From the NCBI GenBank assembly GCA_907165135.1, contig OU015568.1:15449208-15513207 (forward strand): DNA of 64,000 bases. Direction: 5' to 3'. This DNA comes from Oikopleura dioica. Taxonomy: Eukaryota > Animalia > Chordata. Under the pieces are notes generated by a model that made no database searches, was not told where the DNA came from, and was given only the letters and a program-made list of their open reading frames with translations. Shown here piece after piece: positions 47,480-59,616 of this stretch; within the stretch, counting starts at the first letter, position 1; each line of letters opens with the position of its first letter. The position numbers were made by a program, and so were the translations under genes.

Positions 47480-47984
47480 TCATTTTTCTTCATTAATTGC
47501 CACCAAATCATTATTTTTCTTCTCTTTGCTTGGCTTGCCACTATACCAATTATCGACATCTTCTTTTTTCTTTCCAAAAAGACCGAAGCATCCGAGAGAC
47601 TTTGACTTTTGAGCTTTCGTTTCTTCAGAAAAAATTTACGGCTCTGTATTTCTTTTGAACAGTCTCGTCATTGTTGCCCGCTTTTCCAAGAGGGCTGGTT
47701 TTCGGGAGCTTATCATTGGACTTGATTCTGGATCTTGGTAAGAGTTGACAAAAAACACTTTAGCGAAAATATGCTAAAGCCGTTTTAGCAACTCTTTCTT
47801 GAGTATTATTATTCAGGACGTTGTTGTTTGAAACCGTGGAATTGGTGTTTGTGACGCAGCAGCAGCTAGCACGGCGGAGGAAGAAGGAAATGAGAACTAC
47901 AGCAATGAAGAAGATCACAAGGCCGATAAGTCCAAAAGTTTCATTTTTGAAAACCGAGAATCGAATACCAACATCAATCTCCAT
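47480..47984 (-). CDS. Small single-pass membrane protein (3' part uncertain)
   Basis: TM helix FGLIGLVIFFIAVVLISFFL followed by RRASCCC; downstream region only partly open. Confidence 0.45.
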
Positions 47985-48550
47985 CTATTACGAAAAATGA
48001 AAGAGCCGCAGATTCTTGGTCAAAAGTCCATTTACCGTGAGGATAAATTCGACGAGAGCATCAACTTCTACTTCACCCGTCAGTTCATATTGGTTTTCTA
48101 TCTGGTTGATTATTTCTTGCTTGACTTCTTCAGTATGGCTCGATTGAGAACTTCCCATTTTTTGAAAACGTTAAAAATCTTGAACTGTCAAATTTAAAAA
48201 TTTGGTTCTCAGCGAAATTGGTTTGTAAATTTGAGAATTAATAAATGACGAAAAATTTCAAATGCGCAATCATTTTTTGGAAATATATTTAGTGTAAATT
48301 TTTATTCCCGCGTTAATTGAAGCATAAGAGGAAGACTCGAGAAATAGAGAAAGACGAAAATGTGTATTTTGTCGTTTCTCCCTTGGTGCGAAACGAAACA
48401 CGATATCGAGAACAGAGTTGTAACGCTGAAAGTTTGATTAAATTAGTGACAAAAAAACAACTCTGAAAGACATCGATACTTCTCACAGCCTCCACTTGGA
48501 TCCGCTTGAAGGCGATTTGAACGCAAATTCTGATGTCGACGTAAATCTTC

Positions 48551-48862
48551 ATGTCGATGACTTCGGTAAGTATTTCAACTTATTTTTTGGCCTCAAAAGT
48601 CGCCTTAGCCATTACGTTCAACGGATTGCATGATGAAAATCAAATTGAAATTTGGGAAATTGGACTTCTCTGTGTGACGATTATTATTGCTGTTCTTCTT
48701 CTTCGACGATGCTTTCACTGTATTTCGAACAAGAATGGCTCCTCCACTCAACAGGGGGATCTCCAGAATCCAAGCAGCGTCAATGATGATCCTCCAAGCT
48801 ACAGTTTCTTCAAAAATTGGAGCCAGAAGAAATCATCTGAAAACTCTCTTTTGCCAAAATAA
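48551..48862 (+). CDS. Small single-pass membrane protein with PPxY motif
   Basis: TM helix IGLLCVTIIIAVLLL, then RRCFHC and cytoplasmic PPSY; probable short intron at about 48566-48608. Confidence 0.55.
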   Translation: MSMTSVSISTYFLASKVALAITFNGLHDENQIEIWEIGLLCVTIIIAVLLLRRCFHCISNKNGSSTQQGDLQNPSSVNDDPPSYSFFKNWSQKKSSENSLLPK

Positions 48863-50693
48863 AAATTCAAAGTCTGAAATGAATTAAAAAATTGAGGAGG
48901 AATTAAAAGTCTACTTAGAACCGACTGCTCTTCGCGAAACTTGTGATATCGAAAGTAGATAAGATGAGATAAGGAAGCTGAGGAGAGTTGCGTATTCTTC
49001 TGCGGATGTAATTAAACCGCAAAGTTTGGATTATACACGGCCGATTATCTCCGCATCGCTTTACATAACTAACGAACCAGGGCTAAGTACTTTTGACTTT
49101 GATTAGATTTCGTCTTGACACAGACTTAATTACAGCTCGCTCCTTTAGCAGCCCAACTTTTTTGACGACCAAGAGTCTTGTAGCCTCAAAAAGGCGGTAA
49201 AGCAATTTTTCATTTACAAATTAAAAAAATATTTTTTTGGGAATTTTTTTTATCGGGTTGGGGTTCAAAGCCTTTTTGGAACGAAAAAAAAATTTTTTTG
49301 AAGCCAAAAAACTCATTATCGTAAATTAGCCACGATGGGATCCAAAGAAAAATCGTCAAAATTAAGTTTCTTCTTCGCGAAAAAAAAACGGCGCCGTTTG
49401 AAGCTCTTCTGACAAATTGAATCGCTCACTTGATTGGCAACGTGTGTTTCCATTTCATCTTGGAGCAAATTTTCGCGATGAAAATTTGATTTCTCAGCTC
49501 GCCCCGACACCTTCTGAACCGCAAGACAGAAAATTCAAATTCCTCACTTCTTGTTTTAGGAAAAGACATCATTTTTAAGAATGGAGGCTTTTGGCTGCGG
49601 ATTTACGAAAGATCCCTTATCGCGCTTTTTTGTTAGAAGAGATAAGGCCGGTTCGAAATGGAATCATTATGTTCTTGAATAGAATGGAGGCCACTCTTTA
49701 GAGCAAAAATACAGTTAAGGTTAGGGTTAGGGAGCAAAATAAGACATGCGAAAAAGCTAAAAAGTACAAAAAATTGGATAGACTAGCTTTTTTTGCAAAA
49801 TTTCTTGAGAAATTATTGACTGAAAATCTGATTGGGCAATCGGCCAAATCGAGGCTTTTGATTGGTTGAAAGTTGTCTCATCAAAAACCGGATCTTTTGT
49901 CGCACTTTTATGACGCTTCTCCTTTTTATAGGTCCAGGGAAGGCTTCAACTAAGGTTTCGCATTAGAAGTTGATGCTGCTAGAATACACAATTTGATTAG
50001 AACCCGTTCAAATTCGCTTCTGCGGTTGAACGAGCTATGTTTCTCGTCTAAATTGACGACCGTTTATTTTCGACCTAGACAATAATTATCATACGTTGAA
50101 TGATCCATCATTGTCACTTTAGATTGAATGATTCTTGATATCATTGCAATATCAACCCTTCTTTCTGTAAGTCATTTACATGGTCGAGTGCAGCTAGAAG
50201 TACTGTATATAGTGCTTTTAAAATATTTCACGACAAATTCTCGAAAGAAAGGTACTTATGCTTTACACCTAGCTTTAGCGGGATTTTTGGCGGCTTTACT
50301 TTCGTGAACCTGTCTTGTGCAATTTTGTGCATGAAACTGAAATCTGATCTCCAAAACCAAGCCTAAGTTACTTTTCTGCTCGAAGCTTTCTTCATAAAGC
50401 AGTGATTAATGACGGCACCGGTCTTCGGCGGCGCCAGATATTTTTAATCGTCTTTCGGCGAGCCTTTTTAAGACGGTATTGACTCTGATGCAAAAAAGTG
50501 GATGAGTGGAGCGAGTTTTCGGCGAAGAGGCGACCAAAAATAATTAGTGCCATGTTGCTAGAGCACGTTCAAGCGCAGTCCAACAACAAATTCCGATTGT
50601 GTTCATGATTGTGAGAAAACCGCAGCCAAAACCAGATTTGAAAGAGAAAACACGTTTCTGCTTTCTTCTCAACAATCATTGATTATCAATTAA

Positions 50694-51079
50694 GGGGGTA
50701 GAAACAGCTTTTTTCCGAAAAAGCCGATTTTTGACCGGCGCTACTGAGAAGAGAATCTTATATTTTCAAATTTTCTCTACAGGTTTAGATAGATACATCT
50801 TAGATCTAGGAACATCTCTCTCGAAATTTGTTTAATTCGTCAAATTTTTGAGTATACGGGCTCAGAAGCAACTCATCTCGCTGAAATTCTTAATTTTCGC
50901 CAATTTTCAACCACGAATATCTCGAGTCCCGTGATAGTTAAAAAAATTTCATACACATTTTTGTAAAGCTTAACCCCTTTTCTAGGAACATCTATAAGGA
51001 AATTCCGTTAACATATGTAAATCTTATGTTTTCTTTTATATAGCTACAGTTCAAAATCGAGAAAGCTGTTTCTATCCCC
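50694..51079. mobile_element. TTAA-flanked MITE (Kolobok-type)
   Basis: TTAA|GGGGGTAGAAACAGCTTT ... AAAGCTGTTTCTATCCCC|TTAA. Confidence 0.75.
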
Positions 51080-51289
51080 TTAACTTTAGAGTCTAAAGAC
51101 TTTTCTTTTTCACAATCAATTTTGATTATCTGTTCATCAAAAGTAAGCTTTTGGCCAGTAAAATAAATAAATAGAAATCAGTAGAGAGAGAATTGTTTTT
51201 ATTGTGCAAATAGAACCCCCGTATCTTTAGGAAACAAATAAGCAATAATTTCAAAACCAAGATCCGCACATTGAGATTTTGAAAAAAAT

Positions 51290-51763
51290 ATGAGCCAGAG
51301 GATCGCTTTTAGAGCCGGACTTAAAGAAATGGGAGCGAAGGGGGTTCTCCGGTTTACGACGGCTTACTTGAATTTGAATGAGGTTTTTTCTGGAAATGGC
51401 GGACTGAGTACTTCTACTGGTGTTTTCACAGCGCCAGTTGGTGGGCTCTATTCTTTCACGGTTACTGCACTTGCAGTTACTAACAAAGTTACAGGCATAG
51501 CACTTCGGCGTAATAGACACAATCTCGCATATGCTAGTTCAACGGTAATTTCCCATATTATTTTTTATAAATTATAAATTATAATGTATTATACAAGTAA
51601 TCAGGTTATTTGATTAAAAAATGTTAAGGATAATCAAATGTCAATGACAATTTCTACGGTTCTTCTTCTCAAAGCAAACGACAAGGTTGATGTTTATCTG
51701 GTACAAGGCAAAGTTAATGGTGGTTCATATAATACTCTTTTCTCCGGATTTCTTATTTCATGA
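51290..51763 (+). CDS. Globular C1q-domain protein (2 exons)
   Basis: Exons 51290-51544 and 51629-51763: IAFRA..LRF..TGVFTAPVGGLYSF..LLLKANDKVDV..FSGFLI; AATAAA right after the stop. Confidence 0.85.
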
Positions 51764-53042
51764 AAATAAATTTCATTTTATTGCAGAATATTGGTTTATT
51801 TAAATGGAACGTGCGGTGCAAAGAGTTCCTGTGGTTTCTTGCGGAAGTATTTCCTCGGCATTTGTGGATTATGTAATGTAGCTTTATCTGATTCCTTTAT
51901 CGAAACAAAGCTGGAAGTTATTTAACGCTGAGCGTCAGCCTGAAGGCCCAAGCGAGCTCAGCAGCGGCCAGCCGGAGCGATAAGAAAAAAACAAGAACAG
52001 AAGTAGTTTGGTGCCTTTATCAAAATGGAACTCAAAGAAGATAAAATAAACAGAACTGTTACTTTCGCCAGAAATATATTCAATTGATAAAGTATCCAGA
52101 ATGGTGATAAAAAAGGTTAAACCAAAATGATAAGGCTTCAATTATGTTCTGAAAATGAAGCACTATTTTTTACTTTCAAAAAATTTTCGTTGAAGTCGAA
52201 TTATTGTGTCACGTAAGATCTCGGAATTCGTCGAGGTCGACCGGTCGGTCCAGCGCTGATGCCCCTTGAGTCGTTAATTTGACGTGTTGCTCAATCAAGC
52301 ACATAGTTATTCGCATAGTTCCCACAATTGCGGAAAAACAAACCATCGAAAGATGACGCAGAGGTATGAAAACTGGCTTTTGCAAGTACGAAACTGGTTC
52401 TCCAAGAGTGTCAAACACGCGAGTATGCTAATGGAGCAGATTAAAAGCACCAATATTTGCGGTGCCGACACTACTCGCTCGGCAGCATTTTCTTGACAGC
52501 ACGTTTCCGAAAATTTCGTTTACAAATCTAATCAGAATTCATAATGGTACTCGAGCAGATTTTCTGACCAATTTCTAGGAGCTGTTTTAAATAAGGCTGC
52601 TGCAATTCGATTTACTGCTGTAGACTTCAAGTTGCTTTTTGGTGAGATAATGACTCAGTTAAAATGTTATCATAATTGTGCTCTTGCATATTCAGCTTCC
52701 AAACACGTGTTTAGGTTCTACTCAAATTCCCGACAAATGCGATGAACTCCAGACTCATTGATTGATAAGTTGGCTCTGATATTGGGCTGATAGTAGCTCC
52801 AATATTGCGAAAATGGCAGTGACGTGGAATGAGCAAATCTTTGTTTTCGTTTTACGATGCAAGCGTTGTTTTACATGACTATTTCTGCTTCAAAGATTTT
52901 CTAAATCAAACCAGTGCTTGTTAACAAAACTCACACCAGGCGCAAGGGGCTCCCCTCGGCCCTACAAAACAATCAAACACTCAACAACCGTATTTTTAAG
53001 TAAAGACACAGTTTTATTTTAAGATTATTATTCATAAACAGC

Positions 53043-53408
53043 TTAATTATTCGTTAAAGTGATTGAATAAGCTTGAGGCAGAAGATACCAACTTTCTGGG
53101 TCCATTTTTCCAAATTTTTCGTTTGCTAAATACAGGACGTAATTTCCAGAATCATTCCAACCAGTGTAAATATAATCGTTTAATTTCGGATTGAAGCAAT
53201 CACTCATCATTTGCTCAGAAGCATAATACCGGTTCTGTCGCGGAATTCGAAGAAGTGGACTGTGATTTTGATTATCAGAATTTTGAATAACGTATTCATC
53301 ACTTGGAATGTCGACGTCGTCAAGTACCATTTGATGAAAATACACTTCGCCGTCGGTAAAATAAGCGCCGGTGACTGTTACTGGACGATCGGTTATGAAA
53401 TTTTCATC
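53043..53408 (-). pseudogene. Last exon of a third kinase-papain fusion copy, cut off by insertions
   Basis: ENF..RPVTVTGAY..YFHQMVLD..EYVIQNS..WYLLPQAYSITL matches the last exons of copies 1 and 2. Confidence 0.85.
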
Positions 53409-54641
53409 CAGTGTTTGAAAAAAGAATGTGCGCGGGCAGCGAGCGGGCGAGCGGGGCGCGGGCGGGCGCGCTCGTCCATCCGACCACCTAAAATTTTGAC
53501 AAATTTTGCCCGCGCCCATCCGCCCATCAAAAAATCAAGCCTCATACTGCTCGCACGCGCACGTACCGCTCATGCGCCCCCGCTCGCCCGCCCTCCCCTC
53601 CCATGCTCGCCCCTTGCCCATGAGTGCATGTGATCGGACCGGAATTATCCACTAAAACGGACTCATTTTACACAGAACAAGGACTCATTTTACATAAAAT
53701 TGGGACTTATTTTACACAGAAAAATAGAAAAACGTTTATTTTCTGTGTAAAATAAGTCCGTATTCTATGTAAAAAAGGCCCCTTTTCTGTGTAGATTACG
53801 TCCGTTTTCTTTGTTGGTCGGTCGGTGGGTGGTGGGTTTTTGGTCCAGACAGTTTACTACCATCTACTACCAGCAAAAGTAGTTATTTTAAATAACTTAT
53901 CAAACAAGATCCGTCGTTTTCCCATTAACATTTTTAAATATTAAAAAGTAGATAAAAGAAAATAATGCGAAATAAGAGAATGCTACAACATACTACCATT
54001 ACTACCACCCGATTTAGTAATTTAAGGCTTGGGTGGTCGATTTGGCCCAAGCAGAGCTCATAAACTCTGGACTTATGAATGCTAGAATACCCAGTTATTG
54101 CTAAAAATAAAGATCTATCCTAGATCTTCTGAATTACAGAAGGTTTTTTTGTTCTGCCAAGATTTCTGCCAAATTTCGGAGTTTTTGAGCCTTAAATATT
54201 GGCCATTTTTGCGATTTTGGCCGAGATGCCAACTTTGAAGCCTCCAGAAGTGATTTTTTTCTTCAGAAGATCTAGGATAGATCTTTATTTTTAGCCATTA
54301 CTGGGTATTCTAGCATTTATAAGTCCAGAGTTGATGAGCTCTGCTTTGGGCCAAATCGACCACCCTGGCCTTAATGAATTCCTACGTTACTACGCTACAT
54401 ACTTTCAAACCCTGTTTTGGTCGGTTTTGTTCTTTTTACGCGTCTTTCTGTTGGTTTTCTTTGAGTAGAATTAAGCGCCCCGGGAGGGTGAGCGGGCGGG
54501 CGCGGGAGGGTGCCCGCGCACATCCGTCCATCCCAAAATCTGGCCTTTACGTGCCCGCTCCCATCCGCCCTTCCGAAAAATCGGACCCTTCGCGCCCGCG
54601 CTCGTCCGACCATTCGATTCTCAGGCTTTTTTCAAACACTG
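53409..54641. mobile_element. Non-autonomous hAT-type element (1233 bp) with GC-rich subterminal repeats
   Basis: 16-bp TIR CAGTGTTTGAAAAAAG; exact 8-bp target duplication TTTTCATC at 53401-53408 and 54642-54649. Confidence 0.92.
54026..54370. mobile_element. TTAA-flanked palindromic MITE nested in the hAT element
   Basis: Long near-perfect inverted arms (GGGTGGTCGATTTGGCCC...AAAGATCTATCCTAGATCTTCTGAA) flanked by TTAA. Confidence 0.85.
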
Positions 54642-54662
54642 TTTTCATCGTAGTCTGTGGTA

Positions 54663-54819
54663 ATTCGTCGGGGTCGCCCCGACAAATGAAATATGAAATA
54701 ACAGTCATTCGTCGGGGTCGATCCCGACAGATTGAAGACCAAAAATACACCAATTCGTCGGGGTCGAACAATTGAATACGACGAATCAGTGTTCACTCAA
54801 ACACCTATTCGTCGGGGTC
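54663..54819 (+). repeat. Four spaced copies of ATTCGTCGGGGTC(G), two forming hairpins
   Basis: Starts at 54663, 54707, 54753 and 54807; partial inverted copy CGACGAAT at about 54779. Confidence 0.85.
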
Positions 54820-54911
54820 ATTCCTTGCTATGACGCAATCCCTATCGTCAGCCTTAATACGAAAGAGAAAATTCCTCTTCTCGGAATGTCAAAAAGGGTT
54901 ACACTATATAT

Positions 54912-55156
54912 CTGGGGTCGGCAACTAGCCACAAAATGCCGTGGCTAGGCTAGGCTAGGCTAGGCTAGTTAACTAGCCATGGCTAGTTGGTCAATGGCTA
55001 TTTTGGCTAGTTTTTTGGCTAGTTTAAGCTAGCCAATGGCTAGTAAAATGGGTGATATTACGGTGGCTAGGCTAGGCTAGGCTAGTTCTAGCCTAGCCAA
55101 ACTAGCCATTTTACTAGCCATTGGCTAGTTGGCTAGTGGCTAGTTGCCGACCCCAG
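54912..55156. mobile_element. MITE rich in GGCTA repeats
   Basis: TIR CTGGGGTCGGCAACTAGCCAC; target duplication not clean. Confidence 0.8.
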
Positions 55157-56027
55157 CTAACATACCCCCCCCCTAAATTTCCGCGCAATTCGTGGTATTT
55201 CGCCCAAGTTTCCGTTTCCTAACTTTTCTAAAACACCCAAAATTTACGCTTCCTCGCGTTCCCCCGCGTTTCCAAATTTCTTTCCTAACTTTTCCGCGTG
55301 CGCCAAAATTTACTCGCGCGCCGCTGAAATGCGCGTCAACGCTAATGATTCATTAACGGGCGCGTTATCCAATCATAGCGCCAAATTAAGCCAAGGGATT
55401 TCAGTCTTTTTTTTTCCAGAGGAAGATCAATTGTAGAAGTTTAAGTCCAGAACTTAGTTAGAGAAATTACATTTTGGAATATATTCTGACACTGACCTTT
55501 GATACACCTTTACCTTTTTAAACATTGTTATTTTTTAATTTTTAAATATTGTCTGTTTTATTGAAGCGATAAGAATGACAGTAAAATTTATGATTTTCAG
55601 TGGTTTATGGTGGTGGAGTAATGACGTCATCAATAGCTGTACATCGAGTTTGCGGCGTGAATCGACATAAAATCGCGAGTTTTCTTAGCAGGTAAATCAA
55701 CGGCAGTATTTGAGAATCTTTAAAAGAAATTGAATAAGTTATTCAGAATAGCGTAAATATTATTGATTCTTACCCTTTCTTCAATCGTTTTTCTCCACTC
55801 TGGCATATCTCTGTGCTGTCGGCTGGAGAGATCCTTTTTGGAAGCTAATTAGCGATTTTAAAAGAATACTCTGTTCATTAATCAAAAAAAGTGAACAGAT
55901 GCTTACTATCCTTTTAACAATTAACCGTTTCAGGAAATAATGGACACGAACAGAGAGCAGATTCCACTTCACTTTATTGTGCCGACAAAAGAATACAGAC
56001 AGCCGCACCACGAATTCTACCTTGTTC

Positions 56028-56343
56028 AGCAGAACCATTTTCCATCCTCAATTCAGTCTACTCGTCACTGCTTTCGAAGACTCGCAAATCAAGTAACGAC
56101 TTCTCTCTTTTACTCCATTTTAAAGCGATCTAGATTTAGGAATTTAAAAGTGGCGAATTTGAGAGGACGCTAAAAGGACAAACAGACACCGTTCAAGACT
56201 GCGCATTTGATTCCACGGGAAAATAACTCGGTAAAAATCGCCAACTAGGATCATTTGCTAAATAATTAATTGATAGCTTCATGTCCCGCTAATCTAACAA
56301 TTAAACTATGGAATTTATCGACTACGAATGTATAAAATCATTG
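56028..56343 (+). pseudogene. PAFAH1B1: LIS1 WD40 fragment with introns, stops and a frameshift
   Basis: RTIFHPQFSLLVTAFEDSQIK / [29 protein letters not shown] / ASCPANLTIKLW resembles LIS1 [21 protein letters not shown]...[20 protein letters not shown]...ASCSADMTIKLW (recalled). Confidence 0.85.
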
Positions 56344-56957
56344 ACAATGTCCTGCTTGCAGCGGAAAGCTACGAGAAGCAACGTCGATGGATGAGCGCAT
56401 TGTCCACTGCGTCTGGAGCTTACCAAGCTATTCCCGGAAATATCAGCGTCCCAAAAGATTCGCCAAAAAAGTAATGACAATTTTTGCAATTCCTTCATTG
56501 TTAATCCTTCGTAGAAACTTGAACACACGGCGAGACGTTCTCCCAGTCGCGAAGCGTTCAATGTCAGTCGAGAATATTTCGCGCAAGATGAATGCGATCA
56601 ATATTGACGTGCTTCGATCTTCAAGTACCTCTACGCCACCCGCAACAGTAAGTTAAAATTTCCGTTTGTCTTCTTTTACTTTTGGTTTATAGAGCGAGGT
56701 GGTTCTGCGTCCCAAATCTTTTGAAGAGCAAAAACTACTCCGTCTTCTATCGACATCCCGCCCATGTCGAGTGGCAACATCGAAAAGCAAACAACTGGCG
56801 AAACTCGTTTCCAAAGCGCGAGAATTCCCTCGAAACGCGGAAGATTGCAGAGGATAAGGAATGGGGCAATGCTCTTCACATCTTCAGCAATCATTTATAC
56901 AAAAATGCCGGATACTTCATGTAAACTCAGTCTTGTTTAAAACACTGCTGCTTGTAC

Positions 56958-57359
56958 TAAAATAGGTGGTGGTCTAAACTTTGAAGTTCTTACGTGCGAT
57001 AAGAACTTTGTGTGGCCTAAACTTTGATTCTTCCCATGTGTGATTCTATGAGAAAGTGGCCTAATCTTTGATTCTTTCCATGTGTGAAAGTGGTCTAAAC
57101 TTTGAATTTCCCCTGAGGCGCTCTGACTAGTTCCATGTGTCATCACCCTGAATGAAAACCGTAAACCTAATTGGTCTGATTAAAGCGTAGTGGCCTTAGC
57201 AGGCAGAGCTCTAGTCACCGATGGCAGAAGCGCCTCCGGGGAAATTCAAAGTTTAGGCCACTTTCTCAAAGAGCCACACATGGGAACGATCAAAGTTTAG
57301 GCCACCCGAAGTTCTTATCGCACATACGAACTTCAAAGTTTAGACCACCACCTATTTTA
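56958..57359. mobile_element. Foldback MITE with internal GTGGYCTAAACTTTGA repeats
   Basis: About 110-bp inverted arms beginning TAAAATAGGTGGTGGTCTAAACTTTGAAGTTC. Confidence 0.8.
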
Positions 57360-57844
57360 TTTACGACTCGTTCTGCCGCACCTTTGTCTCGCAATAGATA
57401 TTCTCCGTTAATCATCGACCACTATATTTATTTCGCTCGTTATTGATTTGTCTTTCTGTAGGAATGTTTCCGCGTGATATTCTGAAAACTCAAACAACTG
57501 TCTAAAAATATTCCAGCCATTTCTCTTAATCTATTAGTCTGTTTACCCTTTTTAGTGGCATGACATCAACATTCTAAGCTTTTTCCTGTCAAATCCCTTT
57601 ATTCACTTGAAGAAGAGCTCCCAAAACGCGACTTCGCACAACATCACTCGCTATCTCCGAGAAAACGGGGCTATCAATTCAGCGAGGTATAAAAGCAAGA
57701 ACTGCTCATTTTTGAATCAATTAAAGACTGGCTTAGTAAGTCTAATCTGACTGAAAGATCTAGACGGCAAATTTGTAAAAAAAAGACGTTCATCTTCCGC
57801 GAGTTCCACACATCCAGCTTCTACACCTTCACGGATCAGTACTC

Positions 57845-59181
57845 TCAGCAAGCTCTCGAAGGCCAAAAACGCACTTTCCGGGAACGAAAGAACATTGCTG
57901 CTTTCATCAAAAAAGAATTCGACAAGAAATCAAGGTAAATTATAAATCGCTTTCCTAGACAATCCGCAAAGTGACAAATCCACGGACCACAGGAGTGTCC
58001 ATCCAATTGCATTGTCGGTAGCTCTGCGCATTTCGATCGCCATTTTCCAGTTGACGGGCTCGCAATGTTCTTGTCCAGAAATGTGTTTTTGATGAATCCA
58101 CGGGCAAATTGTTCGTCAAATCGTTGTCCAATGAAAGGTAGAAGCAAGTCCAAAATTTCTTTTTTCTTTTTTTTAGCATCGGATTTTTCTTGAGAAGTTC
58201 CATAGAGATTTGCAAGGCTATCAAAGTAGGTACATTCCTGTAGAGCAAGATCGAGTTGAAGTAGAGAATAATGACCAATAGGATCACTAGAATGAAATTT
58301 AATTAGGAAGAAGTCCATTAGTGCATAAAAATAGATATTTATTTAACTTACGATTGATGGATTGGAATCAGGATTCTTTCCTTTGTCTCGAACAATCTTC
58401 CACTGAAAAAATTCTTCGCCATTTCCGGTGATTGACTGGCCAAAGAAATCTTAGAAAATAGTTATTCTTTAAAAAATTTTATAGACTTACAGATACATTC
58501 ACGGATATTGCCGCAATTTCAGGATGTTCATGCTCAAGAACACGGTAAAAAGCGTCGACTGCTGTGCTGAAAAACCATCGATTGCCTCTGATGCTCTCGA
58601 AATCCGCTGGAGTGAGCAATTGACCCAGGACATATCGGTTCCGTGGCTCCTCCCTTGGGATCTTTCTTTCTGGTTCCTCGGCTTCGGATTCGACTTCTTC
58701 TTCCTTCTCCTCTGGTGCTTTTTCAGGCTCATCGGGGATCGGGTTTTTCTTGGTTTGACTTCTTTCCATTTTCCTCTTTTTCTTCGTTTCGGCGCATTTT
58801 CGAGCTTTTGCTGCGTTTTTCAGTTGAATAATCTTCTTCACTCTCTCTTCCAATTCAATGTCGGGTTCCTAAAAAAAGTTAAAATCAGAAAATATCTCTC
58901 AAATTAATTACCTTCAGTTCTATTCGCGTTTTATAAGAAAAGCGATCGCTTTCGATAATCGGGTCCTTATAAAGAAAGTCTTGCAAAACTTCTTTGCTGT
59001 AGAGCTTGTAGAGTGATTCTTTTCCTTCTCTTCGTTTTTTTCGCGCCTTTTCTTCTTCTGGGGCCTTTGGAAGTTCTCGATTGACGTGGTTTTTCTCCTC
59101 GTTGACGAGATCAGCGTGAAGAAGTCCGCTTTTATCATTAATTTCACTTTTTATTACTTTTAATTTCATTTTTAGGATCAA
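57845..59181 (-). CDS. Ulp1/SENP-like (C48) cysteine protease with charged N-terminal region, multi-exon, 5' end unclear
   Basis: DFESIRGNRWF..AVDAFY, ILIPIHQ..GHYSLL..TYFDSL..QLDGHSCG: His/Asp/Gln/Cys in C48 order; GT-AG introns in frame. Confidence 0.75.
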
Positions 59182-59616
59182 ATTGAACGAGTGCTGCCTG
59201 TATCAAGAAGAATATGCGTTCAAACTCTGCCGGCTCTTACAAAGAACTTTCGAAAGAAAACTGATCAGGAGAAATGCACTAGGTACTGTTTCTAAAAGTT
59301 ATAGCTCTCACATTCTTTTGAATGCAAAATTAACTTTCCTTCTTGCATAAGAACCAATGATGCAATCTGGGTGAATACAGTAGACCGCTTCATTGACTTT
59401 GAGGACTGCGTCAGCTCGATTCGGTGGTTCATCATTTTTCGCGTACTGCTCTGTCACCCATGATCGCATCAACTTGCCGAGAGTTGCGTGATATCCCTGA
59501 TCCGCCGGCTTAAATTTATTTAGAAAGAAAAAATCAACGAAGAAAATTCGAGAGCTCAACTACTCAAGATGATTTCCCAGAAACCAGCGATCAATATGTG
59601 CCAATGACAACAATCC

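Noticed and set aside
49717-49733. Telomere or fusion site
   Set aside because: Only 2-3 TTAGGG units; similar tracts elsewhere lie in dispersed repeats.
51935-52500. Degenerate Cys-loop ion channel TM region
   Set aside because: Hydrophobic stretches in mixed frames with no ligand-binding domain; unsupported without a search.
53409-53519. N-terminus of the 158-aa ORF at 53043-53519
   Set aside because: It is read-through from the inserted hAT element, not part of the gene.
54663-54819. CRISPR-like repeat-spacer array
   Set aside because: Repeats are only 13-14 nt, spacing is irregular, there are no cas genes and the context is eukaryotic; better explained as subterminal repeats.
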